Source: Myxococcales bacterium (GTDB lineage: Bacteria; Myxococcota_A; Polyangia; Polyangiales; DASUME01). Taken from it: DNA of 64,000 bases. The notes below the pieces were generated by a model, which saw only the letters and a list, made by a program, of their open reading frames with translations, was not told the origin of the DNA and searched no databases. Made by a program: the position numbers and the translations under genes. The stretch spans positions 32,001 through 96,000 of the forward strand of contig JASGJH010000001.1 in the NCBI GenBank assembly GCA_047601445.1, read 5' to 3'. This document shows, in pieces, positions 45,908 to 57,522 of the stretch (the first letter of the stretch is position 1; the number at the start of each line of letters is the position of its first letter).

Positions 45908-48900
45908 AGTGTAACCAACCTCAGCCCGCGACCAATCCGCAACCGCAGCACGACGCTGTGCGCTGTCGATAAGAGTGTAACCAACCTCAGCCCGCGACCA
46001 ATCCGCAACCGGCTGCCGCGATCTTGATCTAGCAACGGAAGTGTAACCAACCTCAGCCCGCGACCAATCCGCAACGCAATGTGGCAAGACGGCGAACGGT
46101 TGCGAAGTGTAACCAACCTCAGCCCGCGACCAATCCGCAACACAGCGAACGCTCGTTCGCCTGCCGGCAGCAGTGTAACCAACCTCAGCCCGCGACCAAT
46201 CCGCAACCCGGGAACCGGTTTCAACATCCGAGGCTAAAGTGTAACCAACCTCAGCCCGCCGACCAATCCGCAACAGGCAGATGATGACAGCCAGACGCGA
46301 GGCAAGTGTAACCAACCTCAGCCCGCGACCAATCCGCAACTTCACAAGAATGGCGAACTGCATACTTCTCAGTGTAACCAACCTCAGCCCGCGACCAATC
46401 CGCAACTGTCTGTGACTTCTACAGAACAATTGGTGAAGTGTAACCAACCTCAGCCCGCGACCAATCCGCAACCCTTAGATTGCTCTTCGGAATTCTCTTG
46501 GGAGTGTAACCAACCTCAGCCCGCGACCAATCCGCAACTACAACGAAAACTGCACCATGAAGGGCCGGAGTGTAACCAACCTCAGCCCGCGACCAATCCG
46601 CAACACCGAACAGGCGTGGCGATTTAACGCCCGTAGTGTAACCAACCTCAGCCCGCGACCAATCCGCAACGAGTCTCGCAATTGGGAGCTTATCTCCCTG
46701 AGTGTAACCAACCTCAGCCCGCGACCAATCCGCAACTTACCCAACCGGCTGGCCATCGCACGGCTCAGTGTAACCAACCTCAGCCCGCGACCAATCCGCA
46801 ACTCTCCATCCATGCCAGTGCTCCATTAGGTGAGTGTAACCAACCTCAGCCCCGACCAATCCGCAACGTTTCGATTGATTTAACGAATCCGCTCATGAGT
46901 GTAACCAACCTCAGCCCGCGACCAATCCGCAACAGACGTTGACGCGAGCTTGATCGAAGCCGTAGTGTAACCAACCTCAGCCCGCGACCAATCCGCAACC
47001 TAGCAACAGCGCCATATCCTAATCAAGCCAGTGTAACCAACCTCAGCCCGCGACCAATCCGCAACTTCGTCATCTGACAGCATCAATCGACGGACAGTGT
47101 AACCAACCTCAGCCCGCGACCAATCCGCAACGCACAGTGCGCAGAATGTCTTCGTTCTGTCAGTGTAACCAACCTCAGCCCGCGACCAATCCGCAACTAA
47201 GCCATACCGTCCGAGGTCTTCGTAGCTAGTGTAACCAACCTCAGCCCGCGACCAATCCGCAACAAGGGTTGGTGTACTTATTCCAATCTGTTGTAGTGTA
47301 ACCAACCTCAGCCCGCGACCAATCCGCAACATTAGCAGGTTAGGTAAACCCTAGTAGCTAAGTGTAACCAACCTCAGCCCGCGACCAATCCGCAACGTGC
47401 TGGGTCTCTCCGATCTTTTGAAAAATAGTGTAACCAACCTCAGCCCGCGACCAATCCGCAACGCTCAACGTCACATGGACGCGAGAGACGCCAGTGTAAC
47501 CAACCTCAGCCCGCGACCAATCCGCAACGGTTGTGGTTCCGAATGAGACAGAAGAACTAGTGTAACCAACCTCAGCCCGCGACCAATCCGCAACTCAGGG
47601 TTGGCGATGGAAGAAGGCACAAGGAGTGTAACCAACCTCAGCCCGCGACCAATCCGCAACGCTGGACGAGTGGGTTGCTTTTACATTTTCAGTGTAACCA
47701 ACCTCAGCCCGCGACCAATCCGCAACAGCCTATGAATCTGTAAAAGCCGTTATGTAAGTGTAACCAACCTCAGCCCGCGACCAATCCGCAACTTAGCTTC
47801 GCTGGTTTCAATTAGCTGCTCGAGTGTAACCAACCTCAGCCCGCGACCAATCCGCAACGGCAGCTAACATCTCAACCGCCTCGATCGAAGTGTAACCAAC
47901 CTCAGCCCGCGACCAATCCGCAACGCTGCAACATGTTTTTCCTCAACGTGGTGCAGTGTAACCAACCTCAGCCCGCGACCAATCCGCAACGGCGAGCGGC
48001 AAATGCCGAACGAGCTTCGCAGTGTAACCAACCTCAGCCCGCGACCAATCCGCAACTGGGCCGCCGGCCGATTGCCAGGCTACGAAAGTGTAACCAACCT
48101 CAGCCCGCGACCAATCCGCAACTCGGGTGAAGTCGGTCGCATGAATCCGGTCAGTGTAACCAACCTCAGCCCGCGACCAATCCGCAACCGGCATTGCGTG
48201 CGCGAGACGGTGCGAAACAGTGTAACCAACCTCAGCCCGCGACCAATCCGCAACTGTAATGGCGTCGTACAAAGTTCCTGCTCAAGTGTAACCAACCTCA
48301 GCCCGCGACCAATCCGCAACTGCGAAGATTGCCAGTGCTGACCTGAAAAAGTGTAACCAACCTCAGCCCGCGACCAATCCGCAACGTGGCTGCCGGCTCT
48401 GGCGTCTGCGATTCGAGTGTAACCAACCTCAGCCCGCGACCAATCCGCAACTATACGGTCAAAAACAAGGGCGCAGGCCTAAAGTGTAACCAACCTCAGC
48501 CCGCGACCAATCCGCAACTTGTGCTGGCCGCGGCGCTTTGTCGTCCTAGAGTGTAACCAACCTCAGCCCGCGACCAATCCGCAACCGTGGATAGCGAACT
48601 TTGGCCAGCAGCCTCAGTGTAACCAACCTCAGCCCGCGACCAATCCGCAACATCACTGTGGAGTCTATTGGACCGGTCCTGAGTGTAACCAACCTCAGCC
48701 CGCGACCAATCCGCAACTGTTTCGTGACGCTGCGGATCCCGGTTGCCAGTGTAACCAACCTCAGCCCGCGACCAATCCGCAACAACGTGTCAAAGCTCAT
48801 CGCGCGATCTCGAAGTGTAACCAACCTCAGCCCGCGACCAATCCGCAACTGGGTCTTAGCGATGCCAGCAAACAACTGAAGTGTAACCAACCTCAGCCCG

Positions 48901-51900
48901 CGACCAATCCGCAACTATAGTGATACACATGACGCACCGAGTTGGAGTGTAACCAACCTCAGCCCGCGACCAATCCGCAACGGGCGCTGTGGGCGCGATA
49001 CTGCTAGCGCCAGTGTAACCAACCTCAGCCCGCGACCAATCCGCAACTGTTGAGTTGAAGGGTAATTATGTCAGTCAAGTGTAACCAACCTCAGCCCGCG
49101 ACCAATCCGCAACTTCCCAGGACAATCCACCAAAGGTTAATCCAGTGTAACCAACCTCAGCCCGCGACCAATCCGCAACAGTTTCTACAGGATCAGAAGC
49201 AGAGACAACAGTGTAACCAACCTCAGCCCGCGACCAATCCGCAACTTCAGTCGCAGGCTGCTAGTAGCTCTAGGGAGTGTAACCAACCTCAGCCCGCGAC
49301 CAATCCGCAACTCTGGAATTTATAGTAGCCTCCATATTGTAGTGTAACCAACCTCAGCCCGCGACCAATCCGCAACTCTGCGTGAAGCATGGGCGAAAGT
49401 TCGCGAAGTGTAACCAACCTCAGCCCGCGACCAATCCGCAACTCTCTAGGAGGTCGGCAGGATGGCAAAATAGTGTAACCAACCTCAGCCCGCGACCAAT
49501 CCGCAACGGTCAGCAATTTGACCCTTTGCTGATCTTAAGTGTAACCAACCTCAGCCCGCGACCAATCCGCAACAGCGATCTGTCAGGATTGACCGTGATC
49601 GGCAGTGTAACCAACCTCAGCCCGCGACCAATCCGCAACGTCGGAGTTGTGCATACCAACGGCCTCGAAAGTGTAACCAACCTCAGCCCGCGACCAATCC
49701 GCAACCCGCTTCAAAGATGACAGCGAACGGCGCATAGTGTAACCAACCTCAGCCCGCGACCAATCCGCAACGGTGTACGCGGTTGGGGCTTGGTTGGTGG
49801 GAGTGTAACCAACCTCAGCCCGCGACCAATCCGCAACCGTGGCGGTTGACGGCGTTGACGTGACTGAAGTGTAACCAACCTCAGCCCGCGACCAATCCGC
49901 AACACCACCCCCACCGCCGCCTCACCCACGCCAAGTGTAACCAACCTCAGCCCGCGACCAATCCGCAACCGTCTTCCGGCTGGTCGTATTGATCCGAGTA
50001 GTGTAACCAACCTCAGCCCGCGACCAATCCGCAACAGCGCGGTAATGCTAATGAGCGCGGATACAAGTGTAACCAACCTCAGCCCGCGACCAATCCGCAA
50101 CAGCGGTGCGGTTACAGCCAATCTGCGCATGAGTGTAACCAACCTCAGCCCGCGACCAATCCGCAACTGTTACCGAATTGGCGAGAACTTGCCAAACAGT
50201 GTAACCAACCTCAGCCCGCGACCAATCCGCAACTCCATTTACCTGCTACGGACTCTTCCCATAGTGTAACCAACCTCAGCCCGCGACCAATCCGCAACGG
50301 TGAGTATGTCGCCTGCGTTGAGCTCGGCAGTGTAACCAACCTCAGCCCGCGACCAATCCGCAACGCGATCAGTAGGAGGTATTGGGCCAAAGGTAGTGTA
50401 ACCAACCTCAGCCCGCGACCAATCCGCAACCCAAGCGGCTCTTGATAGTGGAGAGACCGTAGTGTAACCAACCTCAGCCCGCGACCAATCCGCAACATGC
50501 ATCTAAAGTTCAAAAACATAAATCAAAGTGTAACCAACCTCAGCCCGCGACCAATCCGCAACAGCGGGATGCGCCACGCCCACGGTCCGCTGAGTGTAAC
50601 CAACCTCAGCCCGCGACCAATCCGCAACGGGTAATAAACCGTCAGACGCAGCGATTAAGTGTAACCAACCTCAGCCCGCGACCAATCCGCAACTGTTGGC
50701 TCAACTACAGGTGCAACGCCTGTAGTGTAACCAACCTCAGCCCGCGACCAATCCGCAACGAGCGGCCATGCCGGCAAACTCGTAGCTCAAGTGTAACCAA
50801 CCTCAGCCCGCGACCAATCCGCAACTACAACTTAACGCATTTCAATTCACAACTCAGTGTAACCAACCTCAGCCCGCGACCAATCCGCAACGCGAAGCCG
50901 GTTGGCCAGTCTAGCTCTATTAGTGTAACCAACCTCAGCCCGCGACCAATCCGCAACTGTCGGCTCCGTAGGGGCAAACCGAGACGGAGTGTAACCAACC
51001 TCAGCCCGCGACCAATCCGCAACGCTGAGGATGCGTATCTGTTTCAGTGCCGAGTGTAACCAACCTCAGCCCGCGACCAATCCGCAACGCAGCATGGTTG
51101 TCGTCAGCGCCGGATAGGAGTGTAACCAACCTCAGCCCGCGACCAATCCGCAACCGCGGCCAAAGCATAGAATGTTTCCTGTGCAGTGTAACCAACCTCA
51201 GCCCGCGACCAATCCGCAACCCCCTCGCGTCCCTTGGCCAACATCGCCTCAGTGTAACCAACCTCAGCCCGCGACCAATCCGCAACTCGCGCGTTGCTGC
51301 TGGACAAGATTTGTTTAGTGTAACCAACCTCAGCCCGCGACCAATCCGCAACTTGTATCATGAACACAATTTGAAGTTTCAAGTGTAACCAACCTCAGCC
51401 CGCGACCAATCCGCAACACCAACACTGACTTAACTACCAAAGGATAAAGTGTAACCAACCTCAGCCCGCGACCAATCCGCAACTCCGGGGTCCAGTTGTG
51501 GTCATGCGCCAGCAGTGTAACCAACCTCAGCCCGCGACCAATCCGCAACGTTCGTTCGTCGTGGCCAATTCGTGGTAGTAGTGTAACCAACCTCAGCCCG
51601 CGACCAATCCGCAACCGATTGAACCTTGCCACTCTTGGGCAAAGCAGTGTAACCAACCTCAGCCCGCGACCAATCCGCAACTGATTGGTCGTCATCAACC
51701 CACATTTTCAAGTGTAACCAACCTCAGCCCGCGACCAATCCGCAACGAGTGATGAGTTGATCCCGTAAGTCGCGAAAGTGTAACCAACCTCAGCCCGCGA
51801 CCAATCCGCAACGCAATTGGACTGGCCCTGCTGTTTCGTTTTAGTGTAACCAACCTCAGCCCGCGACCAATCCGCAACAACGCAGGCTACGTCCTCTACG

Positions 51901-53102
51901 ACACCGGCAGTGTAACCAACCTCAGCCCGCGACCAATCCGCAACCTGAATTAGCTTCAGGAATTAGACAACTAAGTGTAACCAACCTCAGCCCGCGACCA
52001 ATCCGCAACAAACCAGGTACAGGTAAAAAGTATCTGTCAAGTGTAACCAACCTCAGCCCGCGACCAATCCGCAACGTAAAGTAAATAGGGTACAACTCAA
52101 AATCTAGTGTAACCAACCTCAGCCCGCGACCAATCCGCAACGCATGACGCCAGCGATGTCGTGATAGGTCGAGTGTAACCAACCTCAGCCCGCGACCAAT
52201 CCGCAACACCTCTGGGACTGTATCGCCAGAGGGTTTTAGTGTAACCAACCTCAGCCCGCGACCAATCCGCAACTCCATGAGCACAGGCCCCGACTTCGGC
52301 TGTAGTGTAACCAACCTCAGCCCGCGACCAATCCGCAACACCTCTGGGACTGTATCGCCAGAGGGTTTTAGTGTAACCAACCTCAGCCCGCGACCAATCC
52401 GCAACTCCATGAGCACAGGCCCCGACTTCGGCTGTAGTGTAACCAACCTCAGCCCGCGACCAATCCGCAACGGCACGGATGCTATGGAACTTCGCTGGTA
52501 CAGTGTAACCAACCTCAGCCCGCGACCAATCCGCAACATGGAGCCGTATTTGAAACGCGGCAAATTGAGTGTAACCAACCTCAGCCCGCGACCAATCCGC
52601 AACGGCGCGGCTCAAGGCGATGGCATTGGCCGAAGTGTAACCAACCTCAGCCCGCGACCAATCCGCAACAGGATCAATTAGAGCAGCGCACCCGCTCCTA
52701 GTGTAACCAACCTCAGCCCGCGACCAATCCGCAACAATCGAACTGCGGGACCGCATCTATTTGAAAGTGTAACCAACCTCAGCCCGCGACCAATCCGCAA
52801 CCATTAGCTCGCGGTCCAGGGCTTGGTGATGAGTGTAACCAACCTCAGCCCGCGACCAATCCGCAACGGCAGCTAACTAACATGCTTCACCCACGCCAGT
52901 GTAACCAACCTCAGCCCGCGACCAATCCGCAACCCCACGATGCTTTCCCAGCACGTCGCTTGAAGTGTAACCAACCTCAGCCCGCGACCAATCCGCAACA
53001 GCCAACCTGGCTTGATCGCCGCTTAATGCAGTGTAACCAACCTCAGCCCGCGACCAATCCGCAACGTGCATGGGGTGCTAGGCACGACGTATGGTAGTGT
53101 AA
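45908..53102 (-). CRISPR. Type II-C CRISPR array: ~109 full 36-bp repeats, ~30-bp spacers, truncated terminal repeat
   Basis: Repeat AGTGTAACCAACCTCAGCCCGCGACCAATCCGCAAC on + (crRNA sense GTTGCGGATTGGTCGCGGGCTGAGGTTGGTTACACT). First copy at 45908, last full copy at 53030, AGTGTAA remnant at 53096. The count is estimated from the 66-bp period and the strand from tracrRNA complementarity. Confidence 0.99.
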
Positions 53103-53476
53103 TTGCACTTCGCACTTCCGTTCGACCGGGTGCATTCCAGGCTTCGCGTTAGCTGCGGTCGCTCAAGCCGACGGACTAGCATCCCCTTCCCGCCCCCTGG
53201 TGCTTCCGGCTGCTTGCCGGCAACGGTCACCTGCGGCGACGTGAATTTCTTGGGAGTGCGGGGGGAGCATCCCCCAGGCCGTCAAGGCAACCGCTGCGCT
53301 ACGGCCGGCGCGGTCCCTCCCAATCTTCCGCGGCTAGCGCCTTGTGCAGACCGGTGGCCCCCCACGCCGGCCGTCCTTGACTGCCTGCCCCCTCTGTGTT
53401 TGGGCCTTCGTCCCCCTCGCCCAAAGGAATGTGCGAGGGGCACTTTCCATTTCATTCCAAGAGGAGGAACCAGACC

Positions 53477-54382
53477 ATGACCGCTACTACCACTACACCG
53501 CGAGTTGACGTTTATACCCGCGTCACCAATCGCATCATCGAGGATTTGGAACAAGGCGTCAGATCGTGGCAGCGGCCGTGGGATGCTGCGCATACGGCCG
53601 GCAGGATCACCAGGCCGCTACGCCACAATGGCGAGCGGTACAACGGCATCAACATCCTGCAGCTTTGGTACGCAGCTGAGACGAGCGGCTTTGCCTGTCC
53701 AATTTGGATGACCTATCAGCAGGCCATTGAACTTGGAGGGCACGTCAAGAAGGGGGAGCATGGCACGCCGGTGGTGTATGCGTCGAAATTCATCAAGAAG
53801 GAAACCGCCGACAGCGGCGACGAGGTAGAACGGGAGATTCCTTTCTTGAAGGAATACACGGTGTTCAATGCTGAGCAGTGCGACGGCTTGCCGGAGCGGT
53901 TTTACCAGCTCCAGCAGCAACCTACGGAGACCATGCAGCGGATCGAACAGGCTGATCGGTTCTTCTCCAACACGAAAGCCGACATCCGGCACGCCGGCAA
54001 CCAGGCTTGCTACAGCGTGACGGGGGATTACATAAGAATGCCTCCCTTTGAATGTTTCCGCGATGCGGAGAGTTATTGTGCTACGCTAGCCCATGAAATG
54101 ACGCACTGGACCCGGTACCCGTCACGGCTCAACCGCGACTTCGGCCGCAAACGGTTTGGCGATGAAGGTTACGCCGTTGAAGAACTAGTTGCGGAATTGG
54201 GAGCCGCTTTCCTGTGTGCCGACCTGTCGATTACCGCGGAGCCCCGCCCCGATCACGCCGGTTACATCGAGAATTGGCTGACGGTGTTGAAAAACGACAA
54301 GCGGGCCATTTTCAGTGCCGCAAGCCATGCCAGCCGGGCGGTGGATTTCATGCACAAACTACAGCCCACCGATGCAACTTGA
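53477..54382 (+). CDS. ardC: ArdC-family antirestriction/ssDNA-binding protein with a zincin-like domain
   Basis: YNGINIL, WMTYQQAIELGGHVKKGE, YTVFNAEQ, HEMTHWT and YAVEELVAE. RBS GAGGAGG. Confidence 0.92.
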   Translation: MTATTTTPRVDVYTRVTNRIIEDLEQGVRSWQRPWDAAHTAGRITRPLRHNGERYNGINILQLWYAAETSGFACPIWMTYQQAIELGGHVKKGEHGTPVVYASKFIKKETADSGDEVEREIPFLKEYTVFNAEQCDGLPERFYQLQQQPTETMQRIEQADRFFSNTKADIRHAGNQACYSVTGDYIRMPPFECFRDAESYCATLAHEMTHWTRYPSRLNRDFGRKRFGDEGYAVEELVAELGAAFLCADLSITAEPRPDHAGYIENWLTVLKNDKRAIFSAASHASRAVDFMHKLQPTDAT

Positions 54383-54467
54383 TCCAACTCGTTCACCGGG
54401 CGTTCCATTGAATGGTACGCAATCCGGGCCAAATTGATCCCGCGAATCCAGACGAGAGCCAATAAAA

Positions 54468-54496
54468 AGGCCCCACGACGTAATACGGTGGGGCCT
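54468..54496. terminator. Hairpin terminator between convergent genes
   Basis: AGGCCCCAC...GTGGGGCCT stem, with an A-run on the left (U-tail for the minus strand). Confidence 0.6.
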
Positions 54497-54521
54497 GGAA
54501 TTATCGGGCTTAAGTCACTGC

Positions 54522-54887
54522 TTAAGCTTGAATAGCCTTCAGGATTGCCGTAGCCGTTTCGTAGCTGCCAGCCGATGCCAAGAGCTGACGAGCGTGCTTG
54601 ATTGCATCGACCCACGAGGCCGGCGCGGCACTATTGCTCGGTGCGGGCTTGCCGGCTGCTGTAGCGGCGGCTGTTGCCTTGCGCCGGCCACGTTTGACAT
54701 TGGTCTTTGACTTGACCATGTAGATTTGATGGATGCTTACACTGTGGCCGAATTGCTTTTTAACTTCATCGACAATCTCTTTCCCTGCGGCTTTCGGCAA
54801 GGCTTTGACCACCATGCGAATCGCCAAACTCTTGTTTTGCTTGGGATCGGTCCTGTCGCCACTGAACGCAACTGCTTTCTTTGCCAT
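54522..54887 (-). CDS. Small basic (Lys/Ala-rich) putative DNA-binding/nucleoid-associated protein
   Basis: Intact 121-aa ORF, strongly basic, with the pattern NKSLAIR...EIVDEVKKQFG...IYMVKSK. Confidence 0.6.
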   Translation of the reverse strand: MAKKAVAFSGDRTDPKQNKSLAIRMVVKALPKAAGKEIVDEVKKQFGHSVSIHQIYMVKSKTNVKRGRRKATAAATAAGKPAPSNSAAPASWVDAIKHARQLLASAGSYETATAILKAIQA

Positions 54888-55239
54888 TCTTCGATACTCT
54901 TCGGCTTGTGGATAGGTTACTGAATTGCCAACGTATTTGTGTGCCAGTTGATCGTCAACCGTAGGTGAAAGGAAAGAGCCTCACATTGTGCCAAGTACTG
55001 ACGATTACAAGGCGATCAAAAAACTGTGAGATATGTAATGTTTCGTGATTTTCCCCTTGGACGGAACGTCAATCAGCCAGCACGGCCTACCGTATAGTCG
55101 ATAGCGCTTTTGGCTTCGCCGGCTTCCTGCCGGCGACCAGGGAAAACGCGGCCCCTCTCCCCTGGACCCCTCTACCCTCTTCTCTGTTGTTCCGTTTGAA
55201 GCAGTGTTTCACAGTGGATGCTCAACGGCATTTCCGAGC

Positions 55240-55557
55240 TCACAGCCCCGGCCCACGATAGGGCTGCAGTTCCATTTGTTTCATGTCGGTCAGAATGGCT
55301 TGCCAGGTTTGCTCGGCAAGCTTGCCATCGGCCAGATCGGCAAATTGCGGATGTCCCTTCCCCGGCACGTTGAAGTGCGTGCGGCAGGTGCAGCCGAGGT
55401 AGTCGTTGGCCACCGACGCGGACACGATAAAGATGTGGCTGCGGCCCGTGAAGTGGAACGTCACCTCGCCGCTGCTCTCGTTGGTAATTTCGATCCGCCA
55501 GCGGCGCGGTTGCACGTCGCGTTCGATCCATTGTTTGAGTTCATCCAGGCTCGCCAT
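55240..55557 (-). CDS. Hypothetical protein
   Basis: 105-aa ORF with protein-like composition. No family recognised. Confidence 0.5.
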   Translation of the reverse strand: MASLDELKQWIERDVQPRRWRIEITNESSGEVTFHFTGRSHIFIVSASVANDYLGCTCRTHFNVPGKGHPQFADLADGKLAEQTWQAILTDMKQMELQPYRGPGL

Positions 55558-55962
55558 TCGAGCTTGGTAGCGCAGTGCGGATCACCACGCAACAAAATAC
55601 GCCCTCTCGACCGTCCTGCCCCTCCTCCCCGTCCCAGCTTGCAATCAGCCAGTTAGCGGGCTGGCTTTGGCTCATCCAGCATCAGGCGTCTTCCCTTAGC
55701 AGTGCTAAGGTGGAGTTTTACCGTAAAACCACCCTTAAGAAACAACTCCTGCGACAGGGCTACCTGCGCATGATGGACATGTCTGCACTGCTCCATGTTC
55801 ACTTGTCGCCATGTCTACACGTAGCGAGTTCTACCCGTAAACATGGTGGCGTGTTGTATTCGCAACAGTTCATCAAGCATACGAATCTACCAATAGCAGT
55901 GTGGCCCCGTATCGTGTCATACAAGTTGACAAGTGACCTGATCTACATGTACGTCTTATCCT

Positions 55963-56589
55963 ATGCATGTGATTGCGGTTCTGTCTCAAAAGGGAGGAGC
56001 GGGGAAGACAACTCTCGCCGTCCATCTGGCTGTCGCCGCCGAGCAAGCGGGGCAAGCTGCCGCCATCATTGACCTTGATCCCCAAGCCAGCGTCACCGGC
56101 TGGGCCGATAGCCGATCCTCGGATGCCCCGGCCGTTGTTTCGGCCCAAGCGAGCCGCTTGCGGCAGGTGCTGGACGTGGCCGAACGGGGAGGGGCCGCAC
56201 TGGCCATCATCGACACAGCTCCGCACTCTGAAAGCGCTGCACTGGCCGCCGCACGTGAGGCGGATTTGATTTTGATTCCCTGTCGTCCGGCCATTCTCGA
56301 CTTAAGAGCAATTGGGCAGACAGTGGACCTCGCTCGCCTGGCCGGCAAGCCCGCGGCCATTGTGCTCAACGCGGTTCCGCCGCGTGGCACGTTAACGGAT
56401 GAAGCTGTCCAAGCGGTCGAAGCGTATGGCTTGCCGGTGGCTCCCATTTATCTGGGCCACCGCGCATGCGCTCGTGCATTGTCTCACGGCAGGTCTGGCG
56501 GCTCAGGAATTCGAGCCGGAGGGGAAGGGGGCAAAGGAAGTCGAACGGCTATTTCGGTGGACGCAACAACAATTGGAGAAACAACATGA
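55963..56589 (+). CDS. parA: ParA partition ATPase (type Ib), frameshift near 56465
   Basis: SQKGGAGKTT deviant Walker A, IDLDPQAS, IIDTAP and ADLILIP. Confidence 0.92.
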   Translation: MHVIAVLSQKGGAGKTTLAVHLAVAAEQAGQAAAIIDLDPQASVTGWADSRSSDAPAVVSAQASRLRQVLDVAERGGAALAIIDTAPHSESAALAAAREADLILIPCRPAILDLRAIGQTVDLARLAGKPAAIVLNAVPPRGTLTDEAVQAVEAYGLPVAPIYLGHRACARALSHGRSGGSGIRAGGEGGKGSRTAISVDATTIGETT

Positions 56590-56861
56590 CCAGCAAAAAA
56601 CCGAGCTTGTCGGCAGCTCTTCGTGAGGTTACGGAGCGACGTGGCCGACTGAAGTGGTCGTCGAGCAGCCGCAGCCGGCCCCCAAGGTAACGAAACCACC
56701 AGCCAGGCAGGGCACAAAAGTCGTGTCGGGCCACTTTGATCCGGCCGTGTCGAAGCAGTTGCGCCTTGCTGGCCATAGAGCGCGACACCAATCTCCAAGA
56801 CTTGCTGGCCGAAGCCATCAATGACCTCTTCGCCAAATACCAGAAGAGCCAGATCGCATGA
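56586..56861 (+). CDS. Ribbon-helix-helix partition adaptor (ParG-like), frameshifted
   Basis: MTSKKPSLSAAL..., then KVVSGHFDPAVSKQLRLLAIERDTNLQDLLAEAINDLFAKY. Coupled to parA. Confidence 0.75.
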
Positions 56862-56899
56862 AGATACCAGCGACCACAGACGCATTCCGAAAAAGTGCC

Positions 56900-57522
56900 T
56901 ACAGCGACTCGGTTGCGTCAGGAGTTTCGACGGCGCGGGGAGGGGAGTCTCCTCGGTAAGCGGCAGTTCTTGTTGTCGCGAAGCGTCCTTGAGATGATAC
57001 GACCTCACGAACGCCAAGCGATCGCCATTGAACATAAAACGAATGTTGACAAAAAACACGCCGTCGCTGGGGCTGCGGTAGAGGAATTCCTTTTCAAGCA
57101 ACTCACGAACGCCACGTTGGTAGGTCCGGTCACTCATGCCGTCTCTTCGCTACGTATTGATTGAGTTTGATTTCGTCCGAGCCGGGATTGGCCCGCATCT
57201 GGTAGTAAACCAGCTCGAACACCTGAATCCCAGTCTTCGAGAGACCGGCAGCCTGCCGGATGCCATCCAGAAACAACTTCACGAAGTGCGTGGTATCGAC
57301 TTCTTCTTCCCACCAGAAGCCCATGCCCCCGATGCCTTTGATTTCGCCGGTGCTGTTATCGACGATGACCGAGGCTTTGCCCCCCGGTACATGGAACCGG
57401 CGGCTGCGACTGGGGATCCCAGTCGTCGAGGGAATGCTGGGGTTCGTGCGATAGACGGGAAAGCCACGCTTCGTGCTGATCTGATTCGTTGGAAGTGTCG
57501 CCAGTTGGCGTTCATCCGTCAT
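56900..57522 (-). CDS. Plasmid replication initiator (RepL-like wHTH), frameshift near 57135; 3' end approximate
   Basis: EVDTTHFVKLF...GLSKTGIQVF and SDRTYQRGVRELLEKEFL...FFVNIRFMFNGDR. Confidence 0.75.

Noticed and set aside
45944..53095. Self-targeting array spacers within the window
   Set aside because: None noticed by eye. An exhaustive alignment could not be run, so this is unverified, not excluded.
45854..53097. Many ORFs with LRIGRGLRLVTL, VADWSRAEVGYT or CNQPQPATNPQ repeats
   Set aside because: They are translations of the CRISPR repeat.
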